A stretch of DNA of 64,000 nucleotides from Octopus sinensis. Taxonomy: Eukaryota. The stretch spans positions 20,956,001-21,020,000 of the forward strand of contig NC_043017.1 in NCBI RefSeq assembly GCF_006345805.1, in the 5' to 3' direction. The stretch's first letter is position 1, and each line of letters opens with the position of its first letter. Made by a program: the position numbers and the translations under genes. The notes under the pieces are model-generated. The model did not search any database. It worked only from the letters and a program-made list of their open reading frames with translations, and was not told where the DNA came from. Below, piece by piece: positions 27,363-40,188 of this stretch.

Positions 27363-27822
27363 CTATTTCTTTACGACCCACAAGGGGCTAAACACAGAGG
27401 GGACAAACAAGGACAGACAAACGGATTAAGTCGATTACATCGACCCCAGTGCATAACTGCGAGCTGGCAGAAACGTTAGCATGCTGGATGAAATGCTTAG
27501 TGGTATTTCGTCTGTCGTTACGCTGTGAGTTCAAATTCCGCCGAGGTTGACTTTGCCTTTCATCCTTTCGGTGTCGATAAATTAAGTACCAGTTCCGTAC
27601 TGGGGTCGATGTAATCGACTTAATACCTATGTCTGTCCTTGTTTGTCCCCTCTATGTTTAGCCCCTTGTTGGTAATAAAGAAATAGGTACTTATTTAATT
27701 GACCCCGAAAGGATGAAAGGCAAAGTCGACCCCGGAGGAATTTGAACTCAGAACGTAACAGCAGACGAAATACGGCTACGCATTTCGCCCGGCGTGCTAA
27801 TGTTTCTGCCAGCTCGCCGCCT
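27363..27822. mobile_element. SINE B (+, ~27460-27688) nested in opposite orientation inside SINE B (-)
   Basis: Host reads ...CGACCCCAGTGCATAACTG | insert | GTACTTATTTAATTGACCCCGAAAGG... Confidence 0.85.
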
Positions 27823-28195
27823 TATTGTTAAACCATCAGACAAAATGCCTCAGAGTGTCAGTTATAGTTCTCTCTGTTCTAGTTTCAAATCCTAGTGAGA
27901 TCAGCTTTGTCTTTCATCCCTCTAAGGTTGATGATATAAAGCACCAGTCAAGTACTAGGGTAAACTGTATTGACTAGCTCCCTCCCAACAAAACTGCTGG
28001 TCTTGCACCATTATTATTATTATTATTATTAGTAGTAGTATCTACAGTAGAAGCTGACATACGGTGGGACTGAACCCAGAACCATGTGGTTAGGAAGCAG
28101 TCTCTAAACACACATATACAGTTAGCAAGTCAGCCTACATATCAACTTGCAAGAAATAACAACTAAATTTCCCTCAAATTAACACCCCTAACACT

Positions 28196-28415
28196 TTAAC
28201 GTGAACCCACCATATAAGCAGCCAGCATATTCTACTTATTTTACGTTCAAACTGGCCACATCTTGCCTCTCACGCTTATTTGATAATGTCATTCTAAAAA
28301 TAAGCAATCACATCATCAATATCTCAGAGCTATGAGATATTGGGTGATTAATCCTAAGCAGCATGAATAAACAAGGATTATGTTTGACGGAGTAATCTGA
28401 AAGCTAAAAAGTTAA
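28196..28415 (-). mobile_element. Second TTAA-bounded MITE family
   Basis: End TTTGACGGAGTAATCTGAAAGCTAAAAAGTTAA is the reverse complement of TTAACCGTTTAGCATTCAGATTACTCTGTCAAA at ~43680. Confidence 0.55.
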
Positions 28416-28764
28416 TGTCTTTAAATAAACAAAAACATTGAACGATGGGACACAGCATACCCCAGATAACCCAAAATGACAGGGTGGTCATAGTTGGAAA
28501 GATTGTGATTATAGGTTTGCCCTTTCAGATTTGATGAGGTGTTAAACAGGTACAATAATTTAGAAGAAAGAATCTTCTTTCTCCATGTGTTTTTTTTATG
28601 GTTCCTTGCGAAGATCAGAGTTCCGGAATGTTCTTCCATGATCTAGATTCTTCCTAGCAGAAATATTGCACCATCTCTTACGGCGCAAAGGTGGCTGATA
28701 GATTAATAATAGAATTAAGTTGAAAGAAAATTATATTGATATGAAAACCAAGTTATGAGAAATG

Positions 28765-28821
28765 AAATAATAATAATGATAACAATAATAATAATAATAA
28801 TGATAATAATGATAATAATAA

Positions 28822-28862
<41 letters not shown>

Positions 28863-28900
28863 ATAATAATAATAATAATAATAATAAATAATAATAATAA

Positions 28901-28941
<41 letters not shown>

Positions 28942-28998
28942 TAATAATAAAAAATAATAATAATAATAATAATAATAAATAATAATATAATAATAATG

Positions 28999-29040
<42 letters not shown>

Positions 29041-29100
29041 TAATAATAAATATGATGGTAATGATGATGATGAGGAAGATGATAACAACAATGATGATGG
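28765..29100. repeat. (AAT)n microsatellite
   Basis: Directly visible. Confidence 0.95.
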
Positions 29101-30299
29101 CGATAAGAACATCATCACATAAAGTGATATGAAATGCTGTGATATGATATCAATATATCCCAGACAACTAATTCAATCTGTTATGTATGTATATGTCTGT
29201 ATGCGTCTGTATGTGAATGTGTATGTGTGTATTGTTGTGTGAGTATTCATTCATGAATGAGTTTGAGAGATTTTTTTTTTGTTTTGGATTAATTTTTACT
29301 TTCAACATTTTAATGTGTTTTGTTTTTTTTTTTGTTTTTTTTTCTCAAATTATAGCAATTTTGATAACGAGCATTTTCTTTTCAACAGCTCGTAGATCAA
29401 TTGAAATTAAATAGAAGCTCATTAATTCTGACATTACTGCTTATTCAATTAAAACAAGAATGATAATAACGATGAGGATGATAATGATGATAATAATAAT
29501 GACGATAACAATGTTAATAAATACGATAATGATAATGATAATAATAATGAGTACAACATTAACAATTATAACAATAATGAAAATAAGGATGATGATAATA
29601 ATAATGATGATAATAAATAATGATAACAACGGTATGAAAAAATGGGGAAAATATCATATTTGCATAATTAATACCTTAACATGAAATTATAAACATCAAA
29701 ATCATATTGGATCAAACAAAACAAAACAAAAGAAAAAAAACAAACCAAAATACAAATATAAAATCCATTAACCTCACATTAAAATTATTGGATTTCTTTT
29801 ATATTCCCTGAAAGAAATGGAAGATTTGACAGACGAAATATTCTTTTGTATATTTATTTCACCATTTCCATTTGATTTTCGCATCAAGAACTTTCAATGT
29901 TCAACCAATATTTCTTTTTTTGTTTTCCTTTTTTTTTTTTATTATTACTTATATATTCATTTTCTTAGTCTTGTTTCAGAAAAATATTTACTTTTCAAAC
30001 AGGAAATGTGTTGCTTCGTTGAGACGGTTGTATGTCATATTTTATCAGCATGAATCTATTGATATGAATGGCCAAGTGTCTCCATCTCTCTTTTTCTCTC
30101 TGTTCAGGCCTCTCCCTCTGTGTTTGTCTGCCCTGCTTAAATGCATAACAAAAGCAATTAACTGCTATTATCCTTTCATTATATTTTGCTAAAATGTTGT
30201 TGAAACACTGACAGGTCATTTTATTGACTGAATTTTAAGTTCAAATATACGTCATAAGTTTAAGTGTTAATGTAAATGTTTCATATGCACACATTTGTA

Positions 30300-30361
<62 letters not shown>

Positions 30362-30572
30362 AAGGGAAAGTTTATGAAAATAAACAAAAGATGAAGGCAG
30401 GTGGAGTACAAACAAACAAATGTATTAGTATAGTGCTCAGGAATAGAAATAGAAAAAGCCTTTTAAGTTTCAAGCCTACGCTCTTCGACGGAAAGATACA
30501 CAGAAAAAAACAAGGAGAGAAACAAGGAGAGAAAAAAATGCGTGTAGGGGCTAACGATCTATTATGGCGTGT
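30362..30572 (-). mobile_element. (TA)n-flanked short unit with a decayed hammerhead at 30460-30495
   Basis: Minus: CTTT-CCGTCGA-AGAGC-GTAG-GCTT-GAAA-CT-TA-AAAG; homologous to 36765-36930 and 57800-57985. Confidence 0.55.
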
Positions 30573-30917
30573 ATATATATATATATATATAAATGTATGA
30601 ATCTATGTATGTATATATATGTAAGTGAGATAATAGTTTCACTTTTAATAGTTTCATTATTAAAACTGAAAGTATCTCACATTACAATAGAGATGTTACT
30701 GTTTCACTTTTGACATGTAATACTGAGACAGTGTAAGAGATTGCTCCGGGCTCACATTAGGCAAGGAAATTTTTTTGGCCCATGATACTACATGGACCCT
30801 AAGTAAGGCATGTGTAAAATTTGAATGAAATCGGTTTGGTAGTTCTTGAGTTTTAGTGATGCACACATACAGAGAGACAGACACACGTGGTCAGTTATAT
30901 ATATATATATGATGTGA

Positions 30918-31185
30918 AGGTGCATGGCTGAGTGGTTAGGGTATTTGGTTCATAGTGGTATGGTTGTGAGATCAATTCCCAGTGATGTATTGTGTCCTTG
31001 AGCAAGGCAATTTACTTCTCATTGCCTCAGTCCACTCAGCCGGTGAAAATGACTTCAACCTGTAATTCAAAGGTCCAACCTTTTCCCATTTTGTGTCACG
31101 CTGAATTTCCCTGAGAACTACATTAAAGGTACGTATGTCAGTGGAATGCTCAGCCACTTGCAAGTTAATTTCATGAGCAGGCTGC
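30918..31185 (+). mobile_element. tRNA-headed SINE family F, diverged
   Basis: GCATGGCTGAGTGGTTAGG A-box-like, GAGATCAATTCCC B-box-like, TGTGTCCTTGAGCAAGGCA CORE-like. Confidence 0.65.
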
Positions 31186-31189
31186 TCTG

Positions 31190-31542
31190 GGCATCTACAT
31201 CTATTGTGTTCTGACTCGCCAGATGGTCAAATAAGGCTGTGTGGAGTTTTGGAGAAAGTTCTGGAAGAGATTTCATTGCAAATGCCCAGAGCACCGGCAT
31301 CAGGACAATGCATCAGCCCACAATTTTATCCTGGTAACCAATTACTTGAAAGGATGGGCACCAAAACTGTGACATTCGGTTGATCCCCAAGTTGAAGGGG
31401 TCTTCACATAGTGGCTAGAACTCTGTAGCAAGAGCATTGAAGTCAGAGGATTCTATTTTGAAGGAAATTACTTATGTAATTTTTTTTGAGATTAATAAAT
31501 GTCATTCCTGACAAAGTTTCAAAATTTCTGAAATGCACCTTA
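31190..31542 (+). mobile_element. Internally deleted mariner remnant
   Basis: GIYIYCVLTRQMVK*..VEFWRKFWKRFHCKCPEHRHQDNASAHNFILVTNYL and WLELCSKSIEVRGFYFEGN; TIR-like end GAAATGCACCTTA+TA. Confidence 0.75.
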
Positions 31543-31554
31543 TATATATATATA

Positions 31555-31785
31555 TATTTCTTTACTACCCACAAGGGGCTAACACAGAGGGGACAAACAA
31601 GGACAGACAAAGGGATTAAGTCGACTACACATCGACCCCAGTGCGTAATGGTACTTTAATTTATCGACCCCGAAAGATGAAAGGCAAAGTCGACCTCGGC
31701 GGAATTTGAACTCGAAACGTAACGACAACGAAATACGGCTACGAATTTCGCCCGGCGTGCTAACGTTTCTACCAGCTCGCCGCCT
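31555..31785 (-). mobile_element. SINE family B, young full-length copy
   Basis: TATTTCTTTACTACCCACAAGGGGCT...CCAGCTCGCCGCCT, CpGs retained. Confidence 0.9.
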
Positions 31786-31834
31786 GGTAATATACATATA
31801 TGTATATATATACATAATATTATAATACATATAC

Positions 31835-31865
<31 letters not shown>

Positions 31866-31885
31866 CATATTATATATAATATATC

Positions 31886-31917
<32 letters not shown>

Positions 31918-31920
31918 TAC

Positions 31921-31983
<63 letters not shown>

Positions 31984-31987
31984 ATAC

Positions 31988-32040
<53 letters not shown>

Positions 32041-32707
32041 CATATATATATACATATATATATACATATATATAATATATATTATATATATATATATATA
32101 TATAGTGTGTGTGTGTGAAATTGCGAAGATGTATTTTATTCAATTAATCACTGTAAATAGTTTCCTCACAAGTAATTATATTTGAAAATAATAATAAAAA
32201 ATGTAAAAATGACTGATATGAATATAAAATAAATGTAAAACTAGTATATTTTTCCTCTGTGCCAAAACATTCTACTCAACATGCAAATAATTAAAAGTCA
32301 ATTACTATTGAAGAGAGAAAGGTATAAGTGGGGTCGGAGGTGAGGGAGGTGGTAGAAGGTGAAGGGGGAAGAGAGAGAAAAAGAGAGAGAGTAGACGTTT
32401 ATATATAATTTATTTAATTGTTCAGCATTGCTAGAAACAGCACTGTAAGACCCTCAAGATACTTCCTACCGTCTCAAAAAAGATGACATTGGATAACATG
32501 AGGTGCCTCCGACTTGGGATCAGCTCCACTGGAGATGTCTCGAGGCCAATAAAAATAAAAACAATAACAACAACAACAAACGAACGTATGTGACTGTACT
32601 TTTACTTTTTTGTTTTATTTTAACGTTTGTTTATTTATTTTCATTATTTAGCTTTTTTCTTTTTTAGAAACAAAAAGGAAAACGTCAGATAAATCATAGG
32701 GGCAAAT

Positions 32708-33420
32708 ATGGCTATTTGGTTAAGAAGCTAGCTTTGCAAACATGTTGCTTTAGGTTCAATCCCACAGCATAGCACCTTAAGTAAGTTTCTTTTACTACAA
32801 CCTCAAGCAAACTGATGCCTTGTGAGTGAGTTTGGTAGAGGGTAAAACTGTGACGAAGCCCTTCATATATATGAGTGTGTGGATGATATATATAAATATA
32901 TATATGTGCTTTTATTCTTTTACATGTTTCAGTCATTTGACGCGGCCATGCTGAAGAACAGCCTTAGATGGTTTCCATCCAAGAAATCAGCCCCATGACT
33001 TAGTATTTATTCTATCAGGAGTGGACAACAACGACACAAAGCCACACATACATAAATACACACACACCACATATATATATGTTATATATATATATATATA
33101 TAATATATATATAATATATATATGTATGGTATATATTTATATATACATGATGTATGTATATATATTATATATATATATATATATATATCTCCACATTTAT
33201 ATTTATGTATACATTTATATATATCCATACACATACACACACGCACACACATATATATATATGACAGGCTTCTTTCAGTCTCTGTCCACCAAATCCACTC
33301 ACAAGGCTTTGGTTGGCCTGAGGCTATAGAAGACACTTGCCCAAGCTGCCATGCAGTGGGACTGAACCCAGAACCACGTGGTTGGAGAAGCTAGCTTCTT
33401 ATCACACAGCCACACTTGCC
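32708..33420. mobile_element. SINE A head (+, 32708-32880) followed by SINE A (-, 32910-33420)
   Basis: Head and tail motifs in opposite orientations. Confidence 0.75.
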
Positions 33421-35639
33421 CCTACATATATCTATATATATATAGCATTATCATTGTTTATTGTCCATCATCCATGCTGGCATGGATTTTGATGGTCTGA
33501 TAAGTAGGGGCAAAAAAGAGAGGCTCACCAAGCTTCAGTGTCTACTTAGCCAAGGCATCTACAACTGGAGGCCCATTCTAATGCCAACCACTCTACTGAG
33601 TGTAGCCAAGTGCTTTTCTCCTGATGTGTGTGTGTTTGTGCTTGTGTTTTTCCCACTGCTTGACAGCAGGTTTTAGTTTACATCCCCATAAGTGGTTTAA
33701 CAAAAAGAGAGCATTGGAATGAGTATAAGACTTCAAAAAGACTGGTCCTGATTTCTTTAACTAAATCATTCAAGGTGGTGCCCCAGCATGGCCACAGTGC
33801 AATGACCGAAACAAGTAAAAAAAAAAATTTTTTTAAATAAAAAATAAAAAAAGGAATTATTTTGTTAAAAATAATTTTCTGCACGGAAAGTTACTTTTTG
33901 ATTTAGAAGGATGTAACAAAGTTTGGTTATCAAGGAAACGAGGTTTTAATTCAGCAGACCGTGGAGACACTCATCTTTAATTACACTGAAATCTCGGTGC
34001 AAATTAATGACACAAGATGAGGAAATTAATTAGCCGATCTACTATAAAAACAACTGACAGTAATATCAATGACAAATATTAAATATGACACAAAACATTC
34101 ACACATATATATGCATATGTGTGTGTGTGTATACATGCATAGATACATATATATATATATATATATATAATATATATGTATATGTCTCAAGCAGAGGTTA
34201 CAGACTTTTCCTGTTTTCTTTAAACAAAAAATATATTCCTGGGAGAAAGAAAGAAAAAGAGAAAAACCATAGCAACACCAAAAATACATAAATTGAAGGA
34301 TATTAACGAAAATAAAAAAATATATTCAAAGTCTAATAAAAGTACACAAATAGATGGGAATGAATAAACATTAAAAATAAAAATTATTATTATTATAATA
34401 AAAAGCACCATCCGAATCGTGGCCGAAGCCAGTGCCGCCTCGACTGGCTTCCGTGCAGGTGGCACGTAAAATGCACCAATCCGACCGTGGCCGATGCCAG
34501 CCTCACCTGGCACCAGTGCATTTTTACTGGCAAAGTGGCCCTCGCAAGAGAAGATTTGTTTCAACACACAAACTCACATCAAGAATCTCTCAAGTGAAAT
34601 ACAAATATGAAGATCATCATCATCATCATCATCATCATTATTATTATTATTATATTATTATTATTATTATTTAATGCAAGACCAAAATAAGGATCCTCAA
34701 AAATTCATTTCCTTAGCAATTACATTTGATCTAATTATTTGGTTTGAAATAACTTCTACATTAGAGAGAAAAAAAATGTGGCAATAAAAATGTTTAAAAA
34801 AAAAGTAATAAACAAAAAAAAAATGCATAAATAAATAAATAAATAAAAAATATAATGAAACAAACTTTGATCATTATTATTGATTGGGAAAAACTAGTTC
34901 TTGCATCAAGACACCTGCATGATAGCTGGAACATCAATATTCAATAGACACCACATCATTAACAATAAACTTGTTTTGCAGCAAGCAAGCCAGCAAATTT
35001 GTAAAACCACGACATACTCAATACAGACACAAGAGTGTGTGTCACGAATCATAGCCTGTTTGGTGGTTTGTTTCTTGGGGTTTTTTTTTTTTTTGTTATT
35101 TACATTGATCTAAATCGACAGTGTGAGGATATGACTCAGGATCAGAGATTAATCTTTGATTTGTCAGTTTACATGGGAATCGAGAATCCAAATCTGCAAT
35201 GTGATTGGCGTTAGCATGGACAACTGCAAATGTCCATCATTTCAAATATGCCTTAATCCATGCGACGCTGATACTGCTTTTGCCACAGGAATGTTAAGCT
35301 ATTTTGATGTGACATTTAAAACAATTCTTATCGATTCCTCTGTTTGTTCTGATACGTTCTTATTATACTAAATAAATAACTATAAAACGGAGAAAAAAAC
35401 AAATAAAAAGAAAATGAAATAAAACAAAGAAATAAGCAAGAGAGCAGAAGTATAGCTGTGTGGTTAAGTAACCTGCTTCTTAAATCAGTGGTCTTGAGTT
35501 CAGTTCCACTGAATGACATCTTGAGCAAGTGCTTCCTACTATAGCCTTAGAATAGCTTCTCACCACTGGAGCAGTCTGTGCCTCCCCAATAACTTTTGAT
35601 TAAAATTTAGTAGAGGGAAACTGTGCAATGTTTCTACAG

Positions 35640-35885
35640 CTTGATGCCCTACCTAATGCCAACCACTCCTAGAGTATAGTGGGTGCTTTTTACAGCCAGT
35701 TAGGGGCCAGTGGCATTGGCCACGTTTGGATGGTGCTTTTTATGTCCAACCCGCATGGGAGCCAGTCAGGTGGGCCTGGCATTGATCATGTTCAGATGGC
35801 GCTTTTTATGTCCTACCAGTATGGGAGCCACTCTGGGGGCACTGGCATCAGCCATGTTCAGATGATGCTTTTTATGTGCCACCAG
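35640..35885 (-). mobile_element. Family C element with several diverged internal ~60-bp units
   Basis: GATGCCCTACCTAATGCCAACCACTCC plus repeated GGTGCTTTTTATG. Confidence 0.7.
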
Positions 35886-35893
35886 TATATATA

Positions 35894-36763
35894 TACTCTT
35901 TACTCTTTTACTTGCTTCAGTCATTTGACGACTGTGGCCATGTTGGAGCACCACCTTTAGTCGAGAAAATCGACCCCAGGACTTATTCTTTGTAAGTCCT
36001 TGTACTTATTCTATCGGTCTCTTTTGCCGAACCGCTAAGTGACGGAGACATAAACACACCAGCATTGGTTGTCAAGTGATGTTGGGGGGACAAACACAGA
36101 CACAAACATACACACACACACACACATATATATATATACATATATACGACAGGCTTCTTTCAGTTTCTGTCTACCAAATCCACTCACAAGGCTTTGGTTG
36201 GCCTGAGGCTATAGTAGAAGACACTTGCCCAAGATGCCACACAGCGGGACTGAACCCAGAACCATGTGGCTGGTAAGCAAGCTACTTACCACACAGCCAC
36301 TCCTACACCTATGTGTATGTTTATATAGGGATAGGCAAGACTGTGTGCTAAGAAGCTTGCTTCCCAACCACATGGTTCCGGATTTAGTCCCACTGCGTGG
36401 AAACTTGGGCAATTGTCTTCTACTATAGCTTTGGGCTGACCAAAGCCTTGAGAGAGGATTTTGAAGATGGGAGATTAAAGAGGCCTATAATACATGTATG
36501 TATAAATATATATATATATATATATATACATATATATATGCGTGTGTCTTTGTGTCTGTGTTTGTCCCACCATCATCACTTGACAACCGGTGTTGGTGTG
36601 GTTACATCCTCGTAACTGGGCAGTTCAGCAAAAGAGACTGATAGAATAAGTACTAGGGTTAAAAAATAAGTCCTGTGGGCCAATTTGTTTGACTAAAACC
36701 CTTCAAGTTGGTGCTCCAGCATGGCCACAGTGACTACTGATTGAAACAAGTAAAAGAATAAAA
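35894..36763. mobile_element. Head-to-head pair of full-length SINE A copies (- 35894-36309; + 36334-36763)
   Basis: Both complete, heads ~25 nt apart. Confidence 0.85.
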
Positions 36764-36764
36764 A

Positions 36765-36930
36765 AAATCTCCCCATTTTATTCTCTCTCTGTTTAATTCT
36801 TCGTGTTCCTTTCTGCTGAAGAGCATAGGCTCAAAATGTAAAAGACTTTCTCACCTTCACGAGTGTCAAACTAATACACCTTCTTGTTGTTTATACACCT
36901 ATTTGCGTCTCTTGTTTTTATAAATTTCAA
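36765..36930 (+). mobile_element. Short unit ending in (TA)n with a decayed hammerhead at 36809-36844
   Basis: CTTT-CTGCTGA-AGAGC-ATAG-GCTC-AAAA-TG-TA-AAAG. Confidence 0.55.
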
Positions 36931-37226
36931 ATATATATATATATACATACACACACACACACATATATATATACATATATATATATACATATATATATAT
37001 ACATACATAAATATATATATATATATATATATAAATATATATAATTTACATGTGTGTAGAGGGTGTGTGTGCATTTGTGTAGACTGATCAAATCAGAACA
37101 CACCTCACGTTAGCTCCCAGCGAAACAGTAACTCTCTATTAAAGGAAGAAAATCCCAAGGTAAGCCATTTAAGAAACAAAGATCAGTAAAAGATTCTTTC
37201 GGACTAAGTTCGGAAAAGGATCTATA

Positions 37227-37617
37227 TAAATGATTAAAACCCCTTCAAGGTGGTGCTCCAGCTTGGCTATGATCCCATGATTGCCCCCCAATTTTCTATT
37301 ATCCTTTTTATTTTCTCCCTACCTCAATAAAGGGTTTTTCATGGTTGCTCAAGTTTAAATGATTAAAACCCCTTCAAGGTGGTGCTCCAGCTTGGCTATG
37401 ATCCCATGATTGCCCCCCAAATTTCTATTATCCTTTGTATTTTCTCTCTACCTCAATAAACGGTTTTTCATGATTGCTCAAGTTTAAATGATTAAAACCC
37501 CTTCAAGGTGGTGCTCCAGCTTGGCTATGATCCCATGATTGCCCCCCCAAATTTTCTATTATCCTTTTTATTTTCTCTCTCTACCTCAATAAACGGTTTT
37601 TCATGATAGCTCAAGTT
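37227..37617 (+). repeat. Tandem repeat, 3 x ~129 bp, nearly identical
   Basis: TAAATGATTAAAACCCCTTCAAGGTGGTGCTCCAGC starts at 37227, 37356, 37485. Confidence 0.95.
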
Positions 37618-38236
37618 GCCCATTTCATTCCAGATTGATATAAACCAGGCCTGATATCTAACAAAGCCCCCCCGACTTGATTCATCTGAACAACTCAACA
37701 GTGTGTATGCATGTGTATGCATGAGAGTGTGTGTGTGTGTGTGTGCCTTTTTTTATTTTGTGGGGAGCAGGATTAAGCATTAAATATCAGCGTGGTTTAT
37801 TGGATTTGTAAAAATAACAGCTGAAAATCACCATCGCATTGCAGGAGTCCGCAAAGCAAAGCATGTGTTTTGCCACCGTTCCATGCGTGGACATGAACGA
37901 GAAAGGAAACATAAAGAAACAAAACAGAGCCATGATTTATGTAAACGGATAAACAGATATCGAGTGTGAGAGGATGTTTATTGTATCTGATGATGGCACA
38001 ACGATGTAGCAATAAAGTACGGTTGATATCCCCTTTTTTTATTGATGATGTACATGGATACGGAATGAATGTTATTACTGTTGCAGTGGTATCGCATAAA
38101 TGATGTTATGGAATATCATTGAAACCTCGTTCGACCCTTTGCTTTCTTGTTGTTTGCTGTTATAATTCCCTCTTAGAAATAATAAAAACAACAACAATGA
38201 TGATGATGATGATGATAATAATAATAATAATAATAA

Positions 38237-38267
<31 letters not shown>

Positions 38268-38372
38268 AAGAAGAAGAAGAAGAAGGATCACAACGACAAT
38301 GAAAAGACCTCTAAAGCAACAATAAAAACAATAATGATAGTAGTATTAGTAATGATGATAATGATGATAATA

Positions 38373-38416
<44 letters not shown>

Positions 38417-38756
38417 GTAATAATGATAATAGTAATAATGACCCCTAAAAACATACAACCAAATAAATTTCTATTATCTGTTGAACCCAGGAGAGGAATT
38501 GAGGAACTTTTCTTTCTTTCTTTCTTTCTTTCTTATTCTCTGATATTGATACAAAACTGAAAACTGGAGCAAAAATGAAGGAGAGGAAGAGAGGAGGAAT
38601 GAGATGGGGGAATGGAGAGGGAGAGAGAGAGAAAAAGAGTGAGAGAGAGAAGATAGCCGAGAGAGAGTAGAAGAGAGAGAAAGAGAAAAAGGGGCCGAGA
38701 GAGTAGAAGAGAAAGAGAGAGAGAAGACAAAGTAACTGTATGGTTTCTGGAAATGA

Positions 38757-39004
38757 GGCACAGGAGTGGCTATGTGGTAAGTAGCTTGCTTACCAACCAC
38801 ATGGTTCTGGGTTCAGTCCCACAGCATGGCACCTTGGGCAAGTGTCTCCTACTATAGCCTCAGCCCGAACAAAGCCTTGTGAGTGGATTTGGTAGACGGA
38901 AACTAAAAGAAGCCCGTCATATATATGTATATGCATAAATATATATGTGTGTGTGTGTGTTTGTATGTCTGTTTGTCCCCCCACTACATCGCTTGACAAC
39001 AGAT
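38757..39004 (+). mobile_element. SINE A truncated by the assembly gap
   Basis: GGCACAGGAGTGGCTATGTGGTAAG head through GCTTGACAAC. Confidence 0.85.
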
Positions 39005-39104
39005 NNNNNNNNNNNNNNNNNNNNNNNNNNNNNNNNNNNNNNNNNNNNNNNNNNNNNNNNNNNNNNNNNNNNNNNNNNNNNNNNNNNNNNNNNNNNNNNN
39101 NNNN
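39005..39104. other. Assembly gap (100 N)
   Basis: 100 Ns, likely a placeholder of unknown size. Confidence 0.98.
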
Positions 39105-39254
39105 GGGTCGATGTAATCAACTTAGTCCCTTTGTCTGTCCTTGTTTGTCCCCTCTATGTTTAGCCCCTTGTGGGTAATAAAGAAACAGATATAACAGTAG
39201 AGACAGAGAATACAGGTGATTCGCAGGAAGAACAAGCAGAAAGAGCTACACCCT

Positions 39255-39760
39255 ACCACCACCACCACTATTACAATCATCATTAACATCTTCATATTCA
39301 TAACTGTTATGGCCACTACCACCTTCACAGCAACCATCCTGATCATGGTCATTATCATGATCATCATTAATATCACCTCTGTTACCATCACCATCAGCAG
39401 CACCACCACTAGTACCATTATCACCACAACCACTACCATCACCAACAACACCACTATTACCATCACCACAACCACTACCATCACCACCACCACCACCACC
39501 ACCACCACCACTATCACCATCACTACAACCACTATCGTCACCACCACTACCATCACTACTACCATTACCACTACCATCATCACCACAACAGTTACCATCA
39601 CAACGACCACCACCACCATTACGGTCACAACTATGACCACCACCATGGCCATTTCTATCATCACGATGACTACGATGATGACAACCACCACCATCACCAC
39701 CATTACTGTCACCACCACCATTACCATCATCATCACTGCAATCATCGTCATCCTCCTCAT
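39255..39760. repeat. (ACC/ATC/ACT)n cryptic trinucleotide tract
   Basis: Directly visible; the Thr/Ile and Val/Met-rich ORFs are artefacts. Confidence 0.9.
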
Positions 39761-40188
39761 GTTCTTTGAATTAGTGATGCAAGCAAAGAATTACAAATGA
39801 TGTTCTCCAGATGTTTATATAAATGGTGAAGGCATTGTGGCCCAGTGGTGAGGATGTTGCATTCACAATCACAGGATCACGGTTTCAATTCCAAGACTGG
39901 GTAATATTTCTTCACAGCCAGACATTTTTACACAGAAAACTTGAAATAAGTAACACCATTTGTGAGACAATGACACACAGACACACGATGGGCTTCTTTC
40001 TGTTTCCATCTACCAAATCTTGTGTTGCTTTTGGTTGGTTTCGGGTTATAGTAGACAACATTTGCTCAAGATGCCACAGAATGGGACTGAAACCAAAACC
40101 ATATGGTTTTGAAGAAAACTTCTCAACCGCACAAAATACAGAGCTCTCACCTGCCCCACTTTAAAAAAACCCAGTTTCTAATTAATAC

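Noticed and set aside
28640-28715. Possible minus-strand terminal exon after TCTATCAG (PPLRRKRWCNISARKNLDHGRTFRNSDLRKEP*)
   Set aside because: Short, no recognisable homology, no supporting upstream exon
33920-33940. TTTGGTTATC resembling miR-9
   Set aside because: Match stops after ~10 nt and there is no hairpin partner
39122-39800. Thr-rich 194-aa and Val/Met-rich 212-aa ORFs (mucin-like)
   Set aside because: Cryptic trinucleotide repeat open on both strands; no signal peptide, splice context or unique domain
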